Shown in pieces: positions 40,654 to 50,075 of a stretch of 64,000 nt of DNA; positions within the stretch are counted from its first letter, which is position 1; every line of letters begins with the position of its first letter. The stretch lies in IMG/VR virus record IMGVR_UViG_3300020577_007013; one strand, written 5' to 3'. This DNA is from a virus (lineage: Duplodnaviria; Caudoviricetes). The translations under genes were made by a program, and so were the position numbers. The notes under the pieces are model-generated. The model was not told where the DNA came from. It did not search any database and saw only the letters and a list, made by a program, of their open reading frames with translations.

Positions 40654-41403
40654 ATGTCAGAAGTAATAGGATCAAATGGATTTCAAAATGGTATTTTAGA
40701 TAAAGATGGAGTACTTATTAAAGTCGGTTTCTATGATATGAGCTCTGAACTTAAAGAAGGGGAATTCTTAAGAGAAGACGTTCCGATTCCAGGTCATACA
40801 ATCGATGATCCGCAATATGATGACTACTATTTATGGGATGGAAGTTCTTTCATATCTGTTCCGAAATCTAGAATTGTTTCTATTTCAACCAATTGGAGAG
40901 ATAACTTCAATGATTACAAAACAGCTAGAGTACAGATCTATATTGCCATGATGACAAAAGGTGGATTCAGCAATCTTGATTTAGAGGAAAAGAAAATCGT
41001 TAGTGCTTGGTTTTTAGTTGGAGAGAATGAAAGAGACTCAGTCCATACCCAAGATGAGCAAATAGCAAATGGGGAAATTTTCAACAGACTGTCAACAGAA
41101 GCTAGAATTAAAAGACTAACGAAAGCAAAAATAGAAGTCTATAGCAGACTTCGTCATAATGAAGTTAACTCTATTCTAGAGGTCATGATAGCAAATAAAA
41201 CAATGTTCACCTACATCAATTTAGGAACCGAGGGAACTGTTGAGGGAGATAACGAAGGACTCTTCGATTATATTTTATCAAGAAAAAATACGACTTGGGA
41301 AAATACCGGATTATCTAAACAAGCATATTCTCCGAAAGGAATGGCAGATTGTCAAGAACTCTCAAATAGACTTATAGACATCCTCAAAAATGGAAATTAT
41401 TGA
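40654..41403 (+). CDS. hypothetical protein (possible fibre assembly factor)
   Basis: follows spike genes; YYLWDG motif. Confidence 0.45.
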   Translation: MSEVIGSNGFQNGILDKDGVLIKVGFYDMSSELKEGEFLREDVPIPGHTIDDPQYDDYYLWDGSSFISVPKSRIVSISTNWRDNFNDYKTARVQIYIAMMTKGGFSNLDLEEKKIVSAWFLVGENERDSVHTQDEQIANGEIFNRLSTEARIKRLTKAKIEVYSRLRHNEVNSILEVMIANKTMFTYINLGTEGTVEGDNEGLFDYILSRKNTTWENTGLSKQAYSPKGMADCQELSNRLIDILKNGNY

Positions 41404-41440
41404 AACTCACGATTTAATGAATAATACACTAATCTAGTAA

Positions 41441-43141
41441 ATGGAAAGATCAGGATTTGATTTTAATTCAGACCAAGGAGTCTCTGCTGGGGTAGGTGGT
41501 GGAGTCTCCAATGTTACCGCAACGGCTCCATTATCAAGTTCAGGTGGTGCTACTCCTAATATAGCTCTTTCCCAATCAGGAATTTTTGATTGGAACAACA
41601 GACAGCTCTTAAATACATCAGGAAATCCTGTTTTGGGTTGGCAGAATCTTCTAACATCAACTGTAAATCTTTATCCCAATCTCCCAGATACAGGAAATAA
41701 TTCCCAGTTAATGGGTCTAAATCTTCAGGTTGTCCCATTAGCGTCGACAGCAAATCAATTGTTCACAACATTAGGAATCAACACATCAGTAGACCCGTTC
41801 AATGCTGGGTTCGACGTACAGCAAGCAGTTCCGTTAGACGTATCTCTGAATCATCGTAACACTCAAGGTAAGCTCTCATATTCAGCTGTAGGTCGGATCT
41901 TTGCAAACCTAGGAGATCCTGTCTTAACAGGAGGAAAACTCGATCAGCTTGAATTGCTTGCATTAAATACGTATGTAGATCAAGGATACTCGATTCAGAA
42001 TTTCTACGGTATCACGCTAAACCAAAACTTCGATGCAGGCTCTTTAATGCACGGTTTTGGAAATGTTACTCAGATATCTTCAAACCCTGTTTTCAGACAG
42101 ACAGGAGTTCAAAATATTCACGGTATAGATTTGTATGCTCAAGTTTATAGCGCTGTATCTGGTGGAGTCAATTTATTTACAGGCTCATACAATCAATTTG
42201 GATCATCTGCTTATTGGGTAGAGGCTCAAATGGGCTCAAACTTTCGTAGCGGATCTAGTACTCCTGACTATAAAGGTGTAAATATATCTCCATCATTTGA
42301 TGCTGGATCAACGAACGGAAATTTGACTCTTCTCAATGTCTCTCCTAACGGTAATGTCGCTGCAACTTCTGCTGCAGGCTTGATGATCAATATGGATAAC
42401 GTCACATCATCTACTGGGTATGGCGGAAATGGTCGAACTATTGGAATTCAAGCAAGTGGTGGATACATTAATACGTTTTACTCAACGTCTACCCAAAGTG
42501 GCATTTTTGTGGATTTAATAAATGCTCACATTCTCAATCTAAAAATAAATTCCGGTCAACCTATCACGAATACTGAGGTCTTGATGAATGGAATTATCGG
42601 TCTAATAGAAGCTCATGACGACATTGGAATTGGCCCACTTGGATTCGGCATCGCTAAGATCATTGCCGGTGGTCAACTTACTGTGGACTCAGGAAAGACT
42701 GTATCATCAATCTCTGAGTTTATTTCGGGATGCTCAGTATCACCTCAAGTAGGAGACGGTGGTACTGTTTCAAATTATTACGGATTCAGACATGAAGGGA
42801 TAATCCCTTTTGGTGGAAATCTTAACGTCACAAATCTATATGGTTTCTTTCAAGGAGCAAACGCATCATCAGGATTCTCTGTTCCTAATGCATGGGGTGT
42901 ACACATCGCCGACGCAAATGCTGAGAATTTTTTCAAGAAGTCTTTGGTAGTCGGAGGTACATCAGGTAAAGTATCAGATGCTGGATACTCAATTGAGATC
43001 GCCGACAAAAAAGCATTTAAATGGACTCCTATGACGACAGCTGAAAGAGACGCTTTATTTGCGACTCCTTCTGAAGGAACTGAAATCTACAATTTGACGA
43101 CTCATACAAAACAAGTCTACAATGGAAGTGCATGGATATGA
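41441..43141 (+). CDS. virion fibre protein (GFDFNS N-terminus)
   Basis: VTATAPLSSSGGATPNI fibre repeat; C-terminal MTTAERDAL...IYNLTT...YNGSAW. Confidence 0.65.
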   Translation: MERSGFDFNSDQGVSAGVGGGVSNVTATAPLSSSGGATPNIALSQSGIFDWNNRQLLNTSGNPVLGWQNLLTSTVNLYPNLPDTGNNSQLMGLNLQVVPLASTANQLFTTLGINTSVDPFNAGFDVQQAVPLDVSLNHRNTQGKLSYSAVGRIFANLGDPVLTGGKLDQLELLALNTYVDQGYSIQNFYGITLNQNFDAGSLMHGFGNVTQISSNPVFRQTGVQNIHGIDLYAQVYSAVSGGVNLFTGSYNQFGSSAYWVEAQMGSNFRSGSSTPDYKGVNISPSFDAGSTNGNLTLLNVSPNGNVAATSAAGLMINMDNVTSSTGYGGNGRTIGIQASGGYINTFYSTSTQSGIFVDLINAHILNLKINSGQPITNTEVLMNGIIGLIEAHDDIGIGPLGFGIAKIIAGGQLTVDSGKTVSSISEFISGCSVSPQVGDGGTVSNYYGFRHEGIIPFGGNLNVTNLYGFFQGANASSGFSVPNAWGVHIADANAENFFKKSLVVGGTSGKVSDAGYSIEIADKKAFKWTPMTTAERDALFATPSEGTEIYNLTTHTKQVYNGSAWI

Positions 43142-43409
43142 ATTTAAAAGATATAGAAGATTGGAAAGAAAAGGAATTGGCTAAGGCCACAACCCAAAAA
43201 GAAAAAGATGTAATCGAAGCAAAATATAAGTATATGGTGGTCACAGCAAATGGAAAACTCTAACGAAATTCAAGCTATCAATGTGTTGTCTCAGTTGTTG
43301 CCACTATTGCCTGTACCGTTGGCAACTCACCAAACTGCTCAAGCTTCACTTGAGATTCTCAAAAAATTCGTAGTAGATAATAGTCCTAAGAAAGAACTAA
43401 GCTGATAGG

Positions 43410-45128
43410 ATGCCAAAACTTAGAGGAGGATTCATCTTCAATGCAGACGAAGGGGTTTCTGGAAGTGGTGGTGGAGGTGGAGGTTCGGTGGCCATCCTTG
43501 ATGAAGGCGTACAGATTCTCGCTAGTGCTACTGCGATCAACTTTGTAGGAGCTAACATTACGGCAATAGCCAATGGAACTCAAGCTGTCATTTATTCTCC
43601 TCCTCCGACATTCGTTTCACATTTTAATACAACAGACGGAATCGGAAATTGCTCAATTGGAAATTTTTCTGTAACGTCTAGAAAGATCTCAGCTCCTACT
43701 TCTGAAGGTGTTCCATTTAAAATCGGATCTTGGACTGCTGCAAGCTTTCAAAATACTACGAACTCATCTACATTAAATTTTACTACTACAAATCCATGCT
43801 CAATTCTCAATAATACGTCAACAGACTTCAATGTAACAGTCTATGACGCTGATGGAACAACTGTTTTAGCAACAAATTCTAAGATAGGAATTTCTGGAAA
43901 TTATTCCAACACTACAAGCAATATTACAATCACTATAAGTGGCTTCACGACCAACAGTACAAAGTATCAAGCTGTGCTTGCAGCATCGATAAATATTGGA
44001 GCAATACTTCCAAATGGTGGAAGACTCTCCGTCAAGTTAGAACATGTTGATGGAGCAGACGGTACATTTACCAAGACACAAAATAATGTCTTCTACGATT
44101 CAAACAATAATGCAGCGACTTTATCAGGTGTCACTATAGCAGAGACTCTTGGACAAGTCGTCGTCAAAAATTTAAGTGGAGTCTCTTACTATACTACAGG
44201 ATCTAAATTCAATGTAGGAATAGCAGACATAGACTACATCAATAATAGATCATATCCTACAACTCAAGTAGAAGTAATAGCTCCTAACTATGGATTAGCT
44301 CAACTCAATCTTCAGTCAGGAAATCTCTCTTCTTGGACATCTGCATTTGACAATATCAATGCCACTTATTCTAATTCTGCATGGGACATAACTGCAGTCA
44401 ACTTTGGATATGTAGGATCTGCAGCAAAAGCAAGTGCTAGACCAATTGATTGGACAGCTGGAGCTTATGTAGATAGCTCTCTATCTTCTATAGCAGTCGA
44501 CACTTATTCAGACAATTCAACTAGAATTTTTGAAGACTTCGTCAACGAAAATAAACGTCTCACTTCTGCTTGGGCTGCATGGAATTCTAATCAAAGTCTT
44601 TTGTCTTATGACGGCAATCAAGGGCTTCAGTATTACCAATCGACTTTAATCTATCCTCAAACTGATTTCACAATTTACTCACCGAATTCAGGAACCCAAC
44701 CTAATTATTCTACGTCTTCAGGAAGTAGAGTTGCATACATAAAGTTCTACAAACTCAACCAATCTTTTAGCAGTGGACGATTTGTTTTAGGATCTCATAA
44801 CATTACTGAAGCAAATCTTGCTGCGAATGATGTCATCTTTGAGGTTTCACTGGACGGAACAAATTATTTTAACATCAATTCTCTTTACTTAGGTGGATCA
44901 ATCTCAAATGGTCAAGGTTGCAGAATCAATGATGATACTCACGGCTTAAGTGGAGCAACAGTGAATGATAGCTCATTGGAATTTACTTTCGGAACTGGTA
45001 AATTTACAGACTCGACAACAGGAGCTGGTCCTGAAAAATGGGGAGCAGTACTCAAGATCACCTTCGCAGGAACAGTAACAGGAAAAACAAAATCTATAGG
45101 AAGCATAAATATGCTAAGTTGGAATTAA
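43410..45128 (+). CDS. putative virion structural protein (GFIFNA N-terminus)
   Basis: DEG...INFVG motif common in phage virion proteins; S/T/N-rich. Confidence 0.6.
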   Translation: MPKLRGGFIFNADEGVSGSGGGGGGSVAILDEGVQILASATAINFVGANITAIANGTQAVIYSPPPTFVSHFNTTDGIGNCSIGNFSVTSRKISAPTSEGVPFKIGSWTAASFQNTTNSSTLNFTTTNPCSILNNTSTDFNVTVYDADGTTVLATNSKIGISGNYSNTTSNITITISGFTTNSTKYQAVLAASINIGAILPNGGRLSVKLEHVDGADGTFTKTQNNVFYDSNNNAATLSGVTIAETLGQVVVKNLSGVSYYTTGSKFNVGIADIDYINNRSYPTTQVEVIAPNYGLAQLNLQSGNLSSWTSAFDNINATYSNSAWDITAVNFGYVGSAAKASARPIDWTAGAYVDSSLSSIAVDTYSDNSTRIFEDFVNENKRLTSAWAAWNSNQSLLSYDGNQGLQYYQSTLIYPQTDFTIYSPNSGTQPNYSTSSGSRVAYIKFYKLNQSFSSGRFVLGSHNITEANLAANDVIFEVSLDGTNYFNINSLYLGGSISNGQGCRINDDTHGLSGATVNDSSLEFTFGTGKFTDSTTGAGPEKWGAVLKITFAGTVTGKTKSIGSINMLSWN

Positions 45129-45129
45129 C

Positions 45130-45405
45130 ATGGAAAAATACAAAAGAATATTCGAAGACTTTAACTCAGATCAATTGGTCTTTGTAAAAGCTCCTTCAGA
45201 TCTTGAGAGAATTCTCAAGACAGAAAAAATTGAGTTCAGAAAAGAGCCTCATCAAGATAAGTTCTACTATTCCTTCGATTCAAAGGACTATCCAAAGGTT
45301 CAAGAGATTCTTAAGAAGAACGGAATCAAACCTGACTCTATCCAAAAAGCATTATTCTCATCGACATTTGAAGATGAACATTTTACAAAAAGGAAGTACA
45401 CATGA
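45130..45405 (+). CDS. YKxxFED-motif small protein
   Basis: MEKYKRIFED. Confidence 0.55.
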   Translation: MEKYKRIFEDFNSDQLVFVKAPSDLERILKTEKIEFRKEPHQDKFYYSFDSKDYPKVQEILKKNGIKPDSIQKALFSSTFEDEHFTKRKYT

Positions 45406-45704
45406 TTCAAAAAGTCTTAGACTTTTTCAAGTCCTGGTCAAAGGTCTTTGTAGGACTCCTTGCTGTGGTCTTCTTTTTCATAGTAATGAAAAAATTAGGC
45501 CTCTCATTAGGTGGACTCCTCTCAATGGTAAGAGGATTCATCAGCCCTAAACCGACTTCAGGAGATCCTGCAGTCGCAACACAGGTCTCTGAGACAGTCA
45601 AGACTGAAGAAGTCAAAATAGAACAAACTCAAGCTCAAAGTGTTTCTGAAAAAACTATAGCTGGAATTGATGAGATCCTAAGTGAAATGGACAAACGAAA
45701 ATAA
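45402..45704 (+). CDS. single-TM protein (holin/i-spanin candidate)
   Basis: N-terminal TM followed by a hydrophilic tail, in the lysis-like block. Confidence 0.45.
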   Translation: MIQKVLDFFKSWSKVFVGLLAVVFFFIVMKKLGLSLGGLLSMVRGFISPKPTSGDPAVATQVSETVKTEEVKIEQTQAQSVSEKTIAGIDEILSEMDKRK

Positions 45705-45894
45705 TCCTCAAGCTTCTTTAGGCATTCTGATTGAAGTGTCAGAGGAGGAGGCTGAAGATATGAATGATGATGATACAGAAGAATTTATGGGTAGGGCTCC
45801 TACTAAAAAGCTCCCTAAAAAACAATTCAAAAAGAAAAAGAAAAAGCAATTAGAAGAAAAACAAAAGTCAAAGAAAAAGGAAAAGAAAAAATGA
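45682..45894 (+). CDS. small acidic/basic protein
   Basis: acidic N-half, poly-Lys C-half. Confidence 0.45.
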   Translation: MKWTNENNPQASLGILIEVSEEEAEDMNDDDTEEFMGRAPTKKLPKKQFKKKKKKQLEEKQKSKKKEKKK

Positions 45895-46520
45895 AACGAT
45901 TACTGCTACTGTTACTTGTTCCTCTCTGTCTTTACGGTCAGACATTCGACCAGAAAGTAAGAGAGCAACTCGAAAAAGACAAGAAAGTCATTCAAGCTTT
46001 CAATGATCTTAGGGTGAAACAACTAGAAGCCATGAATGAGTTCTTGAGAAAAGGACCTACAACTGAGTTAACTTATGACGGAGTTCACTTAAACGTCAAG
46101 TCAGTCTCTGAGATCAAGGTATATGACATCAATGCAGAAACGTTGGAAATCTACGAGATTCAAAAAGCGTCGGTTGAAAAGAATGCTTCATTTATGTTTG
46201 AAGGTGGACAATATCAAAGACCACTTTGGTATGTTGGAAATATTTTCAAGTTAGGTGGAATTCTCTCTTACAATAAAGATGCACAAAAAGTTACTCCTGA
46301 CATCATGCTCATGTATGAGTTTCTTTCCTTTGATAGGATACTTCCATTTCATGGTCTGTCATTAAATGCTGGAGTCGGATTACAACATGTAGGTGGAACT
46401 ATAGGTTATCAACTACTCAAGACATCATGGTTCAAAAATACTTCTATCCATTTAGGATACTCTTACAATTTTATTGACATGAGTCCAAGACCTATTCTTG
46501 CCGTCTCACTTAACTTTTAA
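45891..46520 (+). CDS. secreted protein with C-terminal outer-membrane beta-barrel-like region
   Basis: signal peptide, helical segment, alternating beta strands ending in C-terminal Phe (LAVSLNF). Confidence 0.5.
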   Translation: MKRLLLLLLVPLCLYGQTFDQKVREQLEKDKKVIQAFNDLRVKQLEAMNEFLRKGPTTELTYDGVHLNVKSVSEIKVYDINAETLEIYEIQKASVEKNASFMFEGGQYQRPLWYVGNIFKLGGILSYNKDAQKVTPDIMLMYEFLSFDRILPFHGLSLNAGVGLQHVGGTIGYQLLKTSWFKNTSIHLGYSYNFIDMSPRPILAVSLNF

Positions 46521-46927
46521 TGGGATACCGAAGACATAGGAAAAAATTTCCTAAACACAAAAAGGACATGAAGCCAAAGGATCCTTTTGGATCCCCTATT
46601 GAAAGAAAGTTCTTTAAGACAGCTGAGACTTTAGGATTGACCTTAATTCCCCAACACAAAGAAGCTAGATACAAGCTTGACTTTCTCTATGTAGAAAGCG
46701 ACATAAAATTTGCAATAGAATTGGATGGCTCACGATATCACAGTAGTAGGGCCCAAATGACCCACGATTATCGAAGACAACGGTATCTGCAGTCTCTAGG
46801 GTACATTGTCATAAGATTTACAGGAAAAGAGATAAAAGAAGACGTAGCTAAATGTGTCAACGACTTCATAGAATTGAAGGACGTACTGATTAAATATGCT
46901 ACAAATGGTTATAAACTTCTTTCTTAG
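46520..46927 (+). CDS. DUF559/Vsr-like endonuclease
   Basis: YKLDF...AIELDGSRYH...DYRRQRYLQSLGYIVIRF. Confidence 0.85.
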   Translation: MGYRRHRKKFPKHKKDMKPKDPFGSPIERKFFKTAETLGLTLIPQHKEARYKLDFLYVESDIKFAIELDGSRYHSSRAQMTHDYRRQRYLQSLGYIVIRFTGKEIKEDVAKCVNDFIELKDVLIKYATNGYKLLS

Positions 46928-47549
46928 AATCTTCGCATTCTTCAAGTCAAACAAACAAGCCGGAACTATAGCTTCCGACGTCTTCGGAAAAGTTACAGGA
47001 TCAGTCCAACAAACGATTGCTGCTTTCAAGACTGTGGATCTCGGACCTAAAGAAAGAATTCCTCAATCTACCCTCACTAATCCAGCAAGAATTTATGCAT
47101 GCAATGTGACATCACATCTTATGATGGACATAGTTCAAGGAGCTGAACCTATATCACTTGATTCTTACTACGCAAAATGTTTAGCTCTAAATGCAATTCG
47201 TCCTGATTGCTATGTTCTAGACTACAACAAAATGAGAGAAGCTTCTGGACTTAAAGGATACAAATATAGAAGTGCTGATGTCACAAATGTTAATGAGATC
47301 ATTGAAAAACTTGATAAAGGAATTCCAATGCATGTTCATGTTGGTGGACACTTTGAAATGATAAGAGGATATACCCAAACTCCTGAAGAAACTCTTATCT
47401 TGATCAACGATCCAGGCTACTGGGTAGATACACACATGGAAGCAACCACATTAAGAGTCTTTAGGTTTGACGGAACTAAAAGAATTTATTCTAAGGGACA
47501 CGATGGTAAAGATCGTAAAGCCCTTTCAATCGGCTGGTACGAGAAATGA
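46896..47549 (+). CDS. papain-like C39-type peptidase (endolysin candidate)
   Basis: ACNVTS (Cys), GGHFEMIRGY (His), INDPG (Asp). Confidence 0.65.
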   Translation: MLQMVINFFLRIFAFFKSNKQAGTIASDVFGKVTGSVQQTIAAFKTVDLGPKERIPQSTLTNPARIYACNVTSHLMMDIVQGAEPISLDSYYAKCLALNAIRPDCYVLDYNKMREASGLKGYKYRSADVTNVNEIIEKLDKGIPMHVHVGGHFEMIRGYTQTPEETLILINDPGYWVDTHMEATTLRVFRFDGTKRIYSKGHDGKDRKALSIGWYEK

Positions 47550-48298
47550 AAAAACTCTTTGTAATTGGCATACTAGCGATCCCTACTTTAGGGTGGTCTT
47601 ATGAAGAATCAGACAAAGTAATTTTCGACAGTCTGTCATATTACAAAGACAATTACTTCATTACAGGAGATAAGAGCTCTCAAATAAAATCTCAACTCAG
47701 TTTCAAATATCAAATCTTTAATGGTCAACCTCTTTTTCTAGGCTACTCTCAACTCATGTTTTGGAACGCTTATGACACAGATAATAGTTCACCTATGTGG
47801 GATATGAACTTCAATCCTGAAGTTTTCTACAAGAAGGAATCTACATGGGGATTTGTGAAGATAACTCCTTTCGAACACAAATCCAATGGTGCTCCTAGTG
47901 GACCGAGCGATAGAGACTGGGATAGGTTCGGTCTCACATTGGGAAGCTCTTTTGATTTTTGGAGACTTCAACTTTTCTACTCACTTAAAGGATACTACAT
48001 CTATTACACGAATGACAAAAACTCAGATATTCGAGACTATTTAGGTTGCACAGAAGCAAGGTTAGGGCTCAAATTCAATGAGGACAAGGGGATCTTCTTT
48101 GATAGAGAGGAACTCAGTGTAAGACTAATCTCAGGATTTAATGGACTCGGAGCTAGAGAATATAGTCTAAAATTCAGACCTCTCATTCCTGATTTTTCAC
48201 CTTTCATTTACTTTCAAATTTGGGAGGGATACGGAGAAGCCCTCTTAAACTACAATGTCTACAACAAAGCCTATCGAGTGGGGCTCATCTTTCAGTGA
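47546..48298 (+). CDS. pldA: outer membrane phospholipase A (OMPLA)
   Basis: signal peptide; KSQLSFK, GYSQLMFW, SSPMWDMNFNPEVF, catalytic EHKSNG, RDWDR, GYGEALLNYN. Confidence 0.9.
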   Translation: MKKLFVIGILAIPTLGWSYEESDKVIFDSLSYYKDNYFITGDKSSQIKSQLSFKYQIFNGQPLFLGYSQLMFWNAYDTDNSSPMWDMNFNPEVFYKKESTWGFVKITPFEHKSNGAPSGPSDRDWDRFGLTLGSSFDFWRLQLFYSLKGYYIYYTNDKNSDIRDYLGCTEARLGLKFNEDKGIFFDREELSVRLISGFNGLGAREYSLKFRPLIPDFSPFIYFQIWEGYGEALLNYNVYNKAYRVGLIFQ

Positions 48299-48311
48299 AC
48301 TAATCAAGTAA

Positions 48312-48560
48312 ATGGATTCCTACAAACCAAAATACTTACTCACAGAAAAAGAAGATCTCGATAAGAGACATTTCAGAGAAGCTGAAAGATTCACAAAAAA
48401 GATTTATGCTATCGAAAATGAAATCAAGAATCTCGCATCTGAAATGGTAAAAAGCAAGCTCTCTAGAGAAAGACGTCAACAGATTCAAAAACTGAATCTG
48501 ACTCTTCATGAGCAACTCGCAGTTTTCGAAAAAATCAGAAAGTCTTTAGACTCTCTTTAA
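48312..48560 (+). CDS. small coiled-coil protein with YK-type N-terminus
   Basis: MDSYKPKYLLTE; ACTAA upstream. Confidence 0.55.
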   Translation: MDSYKPKYLLTEKEDLDKRHFREAERFTKKIYAIENEIKNLASEMVKSKLSRERRQQIQKLNLTLHEQLAVFEKIRKSLDSL

Positions 48561-48913
48561 TTCTTGAATTTCTTTTTGTATTTGGTTAGGGTCAAGTATC
48601 TGTTATTGCCGTTAAGGGAATTCCACACATGAATCATATACTCTCTAAATGTGAGGTTTCCTTCGAACTTCGTTTCTAGCATTTCCATCATTTTCTTTTC
48701 ATCTGAGGATGTCATGACACATTTAGAATTCTTCTGCCATTTATAATCTATAAGCTTTGAGGTTTTCAGATTTATTCTAGCATCATAGCAATCTGTTTTT
48801 TTCAGGTGAAAATGTTTAGGCTCGTGATCTGTTTGGACGTCGATTTTGAATTGACCATATTTGACAATATTCGCCATTTCAATCAATTTCGTCTTTTTAC
48901 CAGAGTCTTTCAT
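48557..48913 (-). CDS. DUF4160-like protein
   Basis: DHEPKHFH motif, A.I.L segment and W..LN ending. Confidence 0.6.
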   Translation of the reverse strand: MKDSGKKTKLIEMANIVKYGQFKIDVQTDHEPKHFHLKKTDCYDARINLKTSKLIDYKWQKNSKCVMTSSDEKKMMEMLETKFEGNLTFREYMIHVWNSLNGNNRYLTLTKYKKKFKN

Positions 48914-48973
48914 AATTATTTATAATAGACTCCCGAGTGTTCCTCACCACTATTTTCTTAACTAATCTGGTAC

Positions 48974-50056
48974 ATGGCTGGCGCATTTCAAGATCAAGAA
49001 AAAGGTTTTCCAGGAGAGCCATTAGTTCTCGATGCACAGTTTCGCCTTTTTGAAGGTGGACCTTTAACTGACACTGACGTTCTTCCCACATATCAAATCT
49101 TCGATCCCAATAGTTCATTAGCAGCTTCAGGAACAGGAACTCAGACAGGAACCGGAACTTACACAGCTACATTCAATATCCCATCCACTGCAGAGCTTTC
49201 GAATAGATGGAGAATCGAATGGACAGCAGCTATAAATAGCACTCCAGTTAAAGGAGCTAAAGAATACTTCAGTGTATGCAATCCTAAAGGAGACTCAGTC
49301 TTTCATGGAGGAACTCAGATCATAATTGATCAAGGAGATCTTAATCAAATAAAGAAAGTTCTTGCTTATCCTTCAGTTCCCAATGTTCTTCTTTTTGATG
49401 AAGAAATTAAACAACTTTGTCTCCTCCCAGCTATGACAAAATATTTTTCTAAGTTTCCAATTCCTAAAAGAGATCAAGTCAATTTTAACAGCTACATTGA
49501 AGTCGATTTTCCAGATGACCTTACATTCGGAATCTTAGATCTCAGAACCACAAACAAGCTTTCAGCAACAGGCTCAGTAAATTCGAGCTTCTGGGAAATT
49601 GTCAAATATCGTAACTTGTACGGAACTACGAATACAAGATGGAATGGACAATACGGTACAAAATATAACTTCAACGGTTATATGCAAAACCTTATTACCA
49701 AAAGACAAGTCTATGACACTCTCTCAAATGACGCAACCTATGCCTACAACGTAAATTATCCTGATAGAAAAGTGGAAGTCTTTGCATCTTCTCAATGTGA
49801 CCTTACTATGACTTGGGCAAAGTACAGCAATAACTTCAATGATGTCAAGTACACTTACAAATATGATGTCATCGAATTGGCTCAAGCATATTTACTCCTT
49901 CACTTAGCAGATACTGGAGGAATGGTGTCTGACTCAGACCTCACTAAGCAGATCAATACAGAAGCTCTCAAAACCAGAGCAAACGAGATGATTGACAAGG
50001 TGATGAAAGAGAAATGGGAACTTATTCCTGACGTTATTCTACTGCGTCAATCGTAA
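48974..50056 (+). CDS. putative neck/head-tail adaptor with N-terminal Ig-like domain
   Basis: directly upstream of the sheath; Ig-like N-terminus; helical C-terminus. Confidence 0.5.
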   Translation: MAGAFQDQEKGFPGEPLVLDAQFRLFEGGPLTDTDVLPTYQIFDPNSSLAASGTGTQTGTGTYTATFNIPSTAELSNRWRIEWTAAINSTPVKGAKEYFSVCNPKGDSVFHGGTQIIIDQGDLNQIKKVLAYPSVPNVLLFDEEIKQLCLLPAMTKYFSKFPIPKRDQVNFNSYIEVDFPDDLTFGILDLRTTNKLSATGSVNSSFWEIVKYRNLYGTTNTRWNGQYGTKYNFNGYMQNLITKRQVYDTLSNDATYAYNVNYPDRKVEVFASSQCDLTMTWAKYSNNFNDVKYTYKYDVIELAQAYLLLHLADTGGMVSDSDLTKQINTEALKTRANEMIDKVMKEKWELIPDVILLRQS

Positions 50057-50075
50057 GTTTCACAACTAATTCAAT

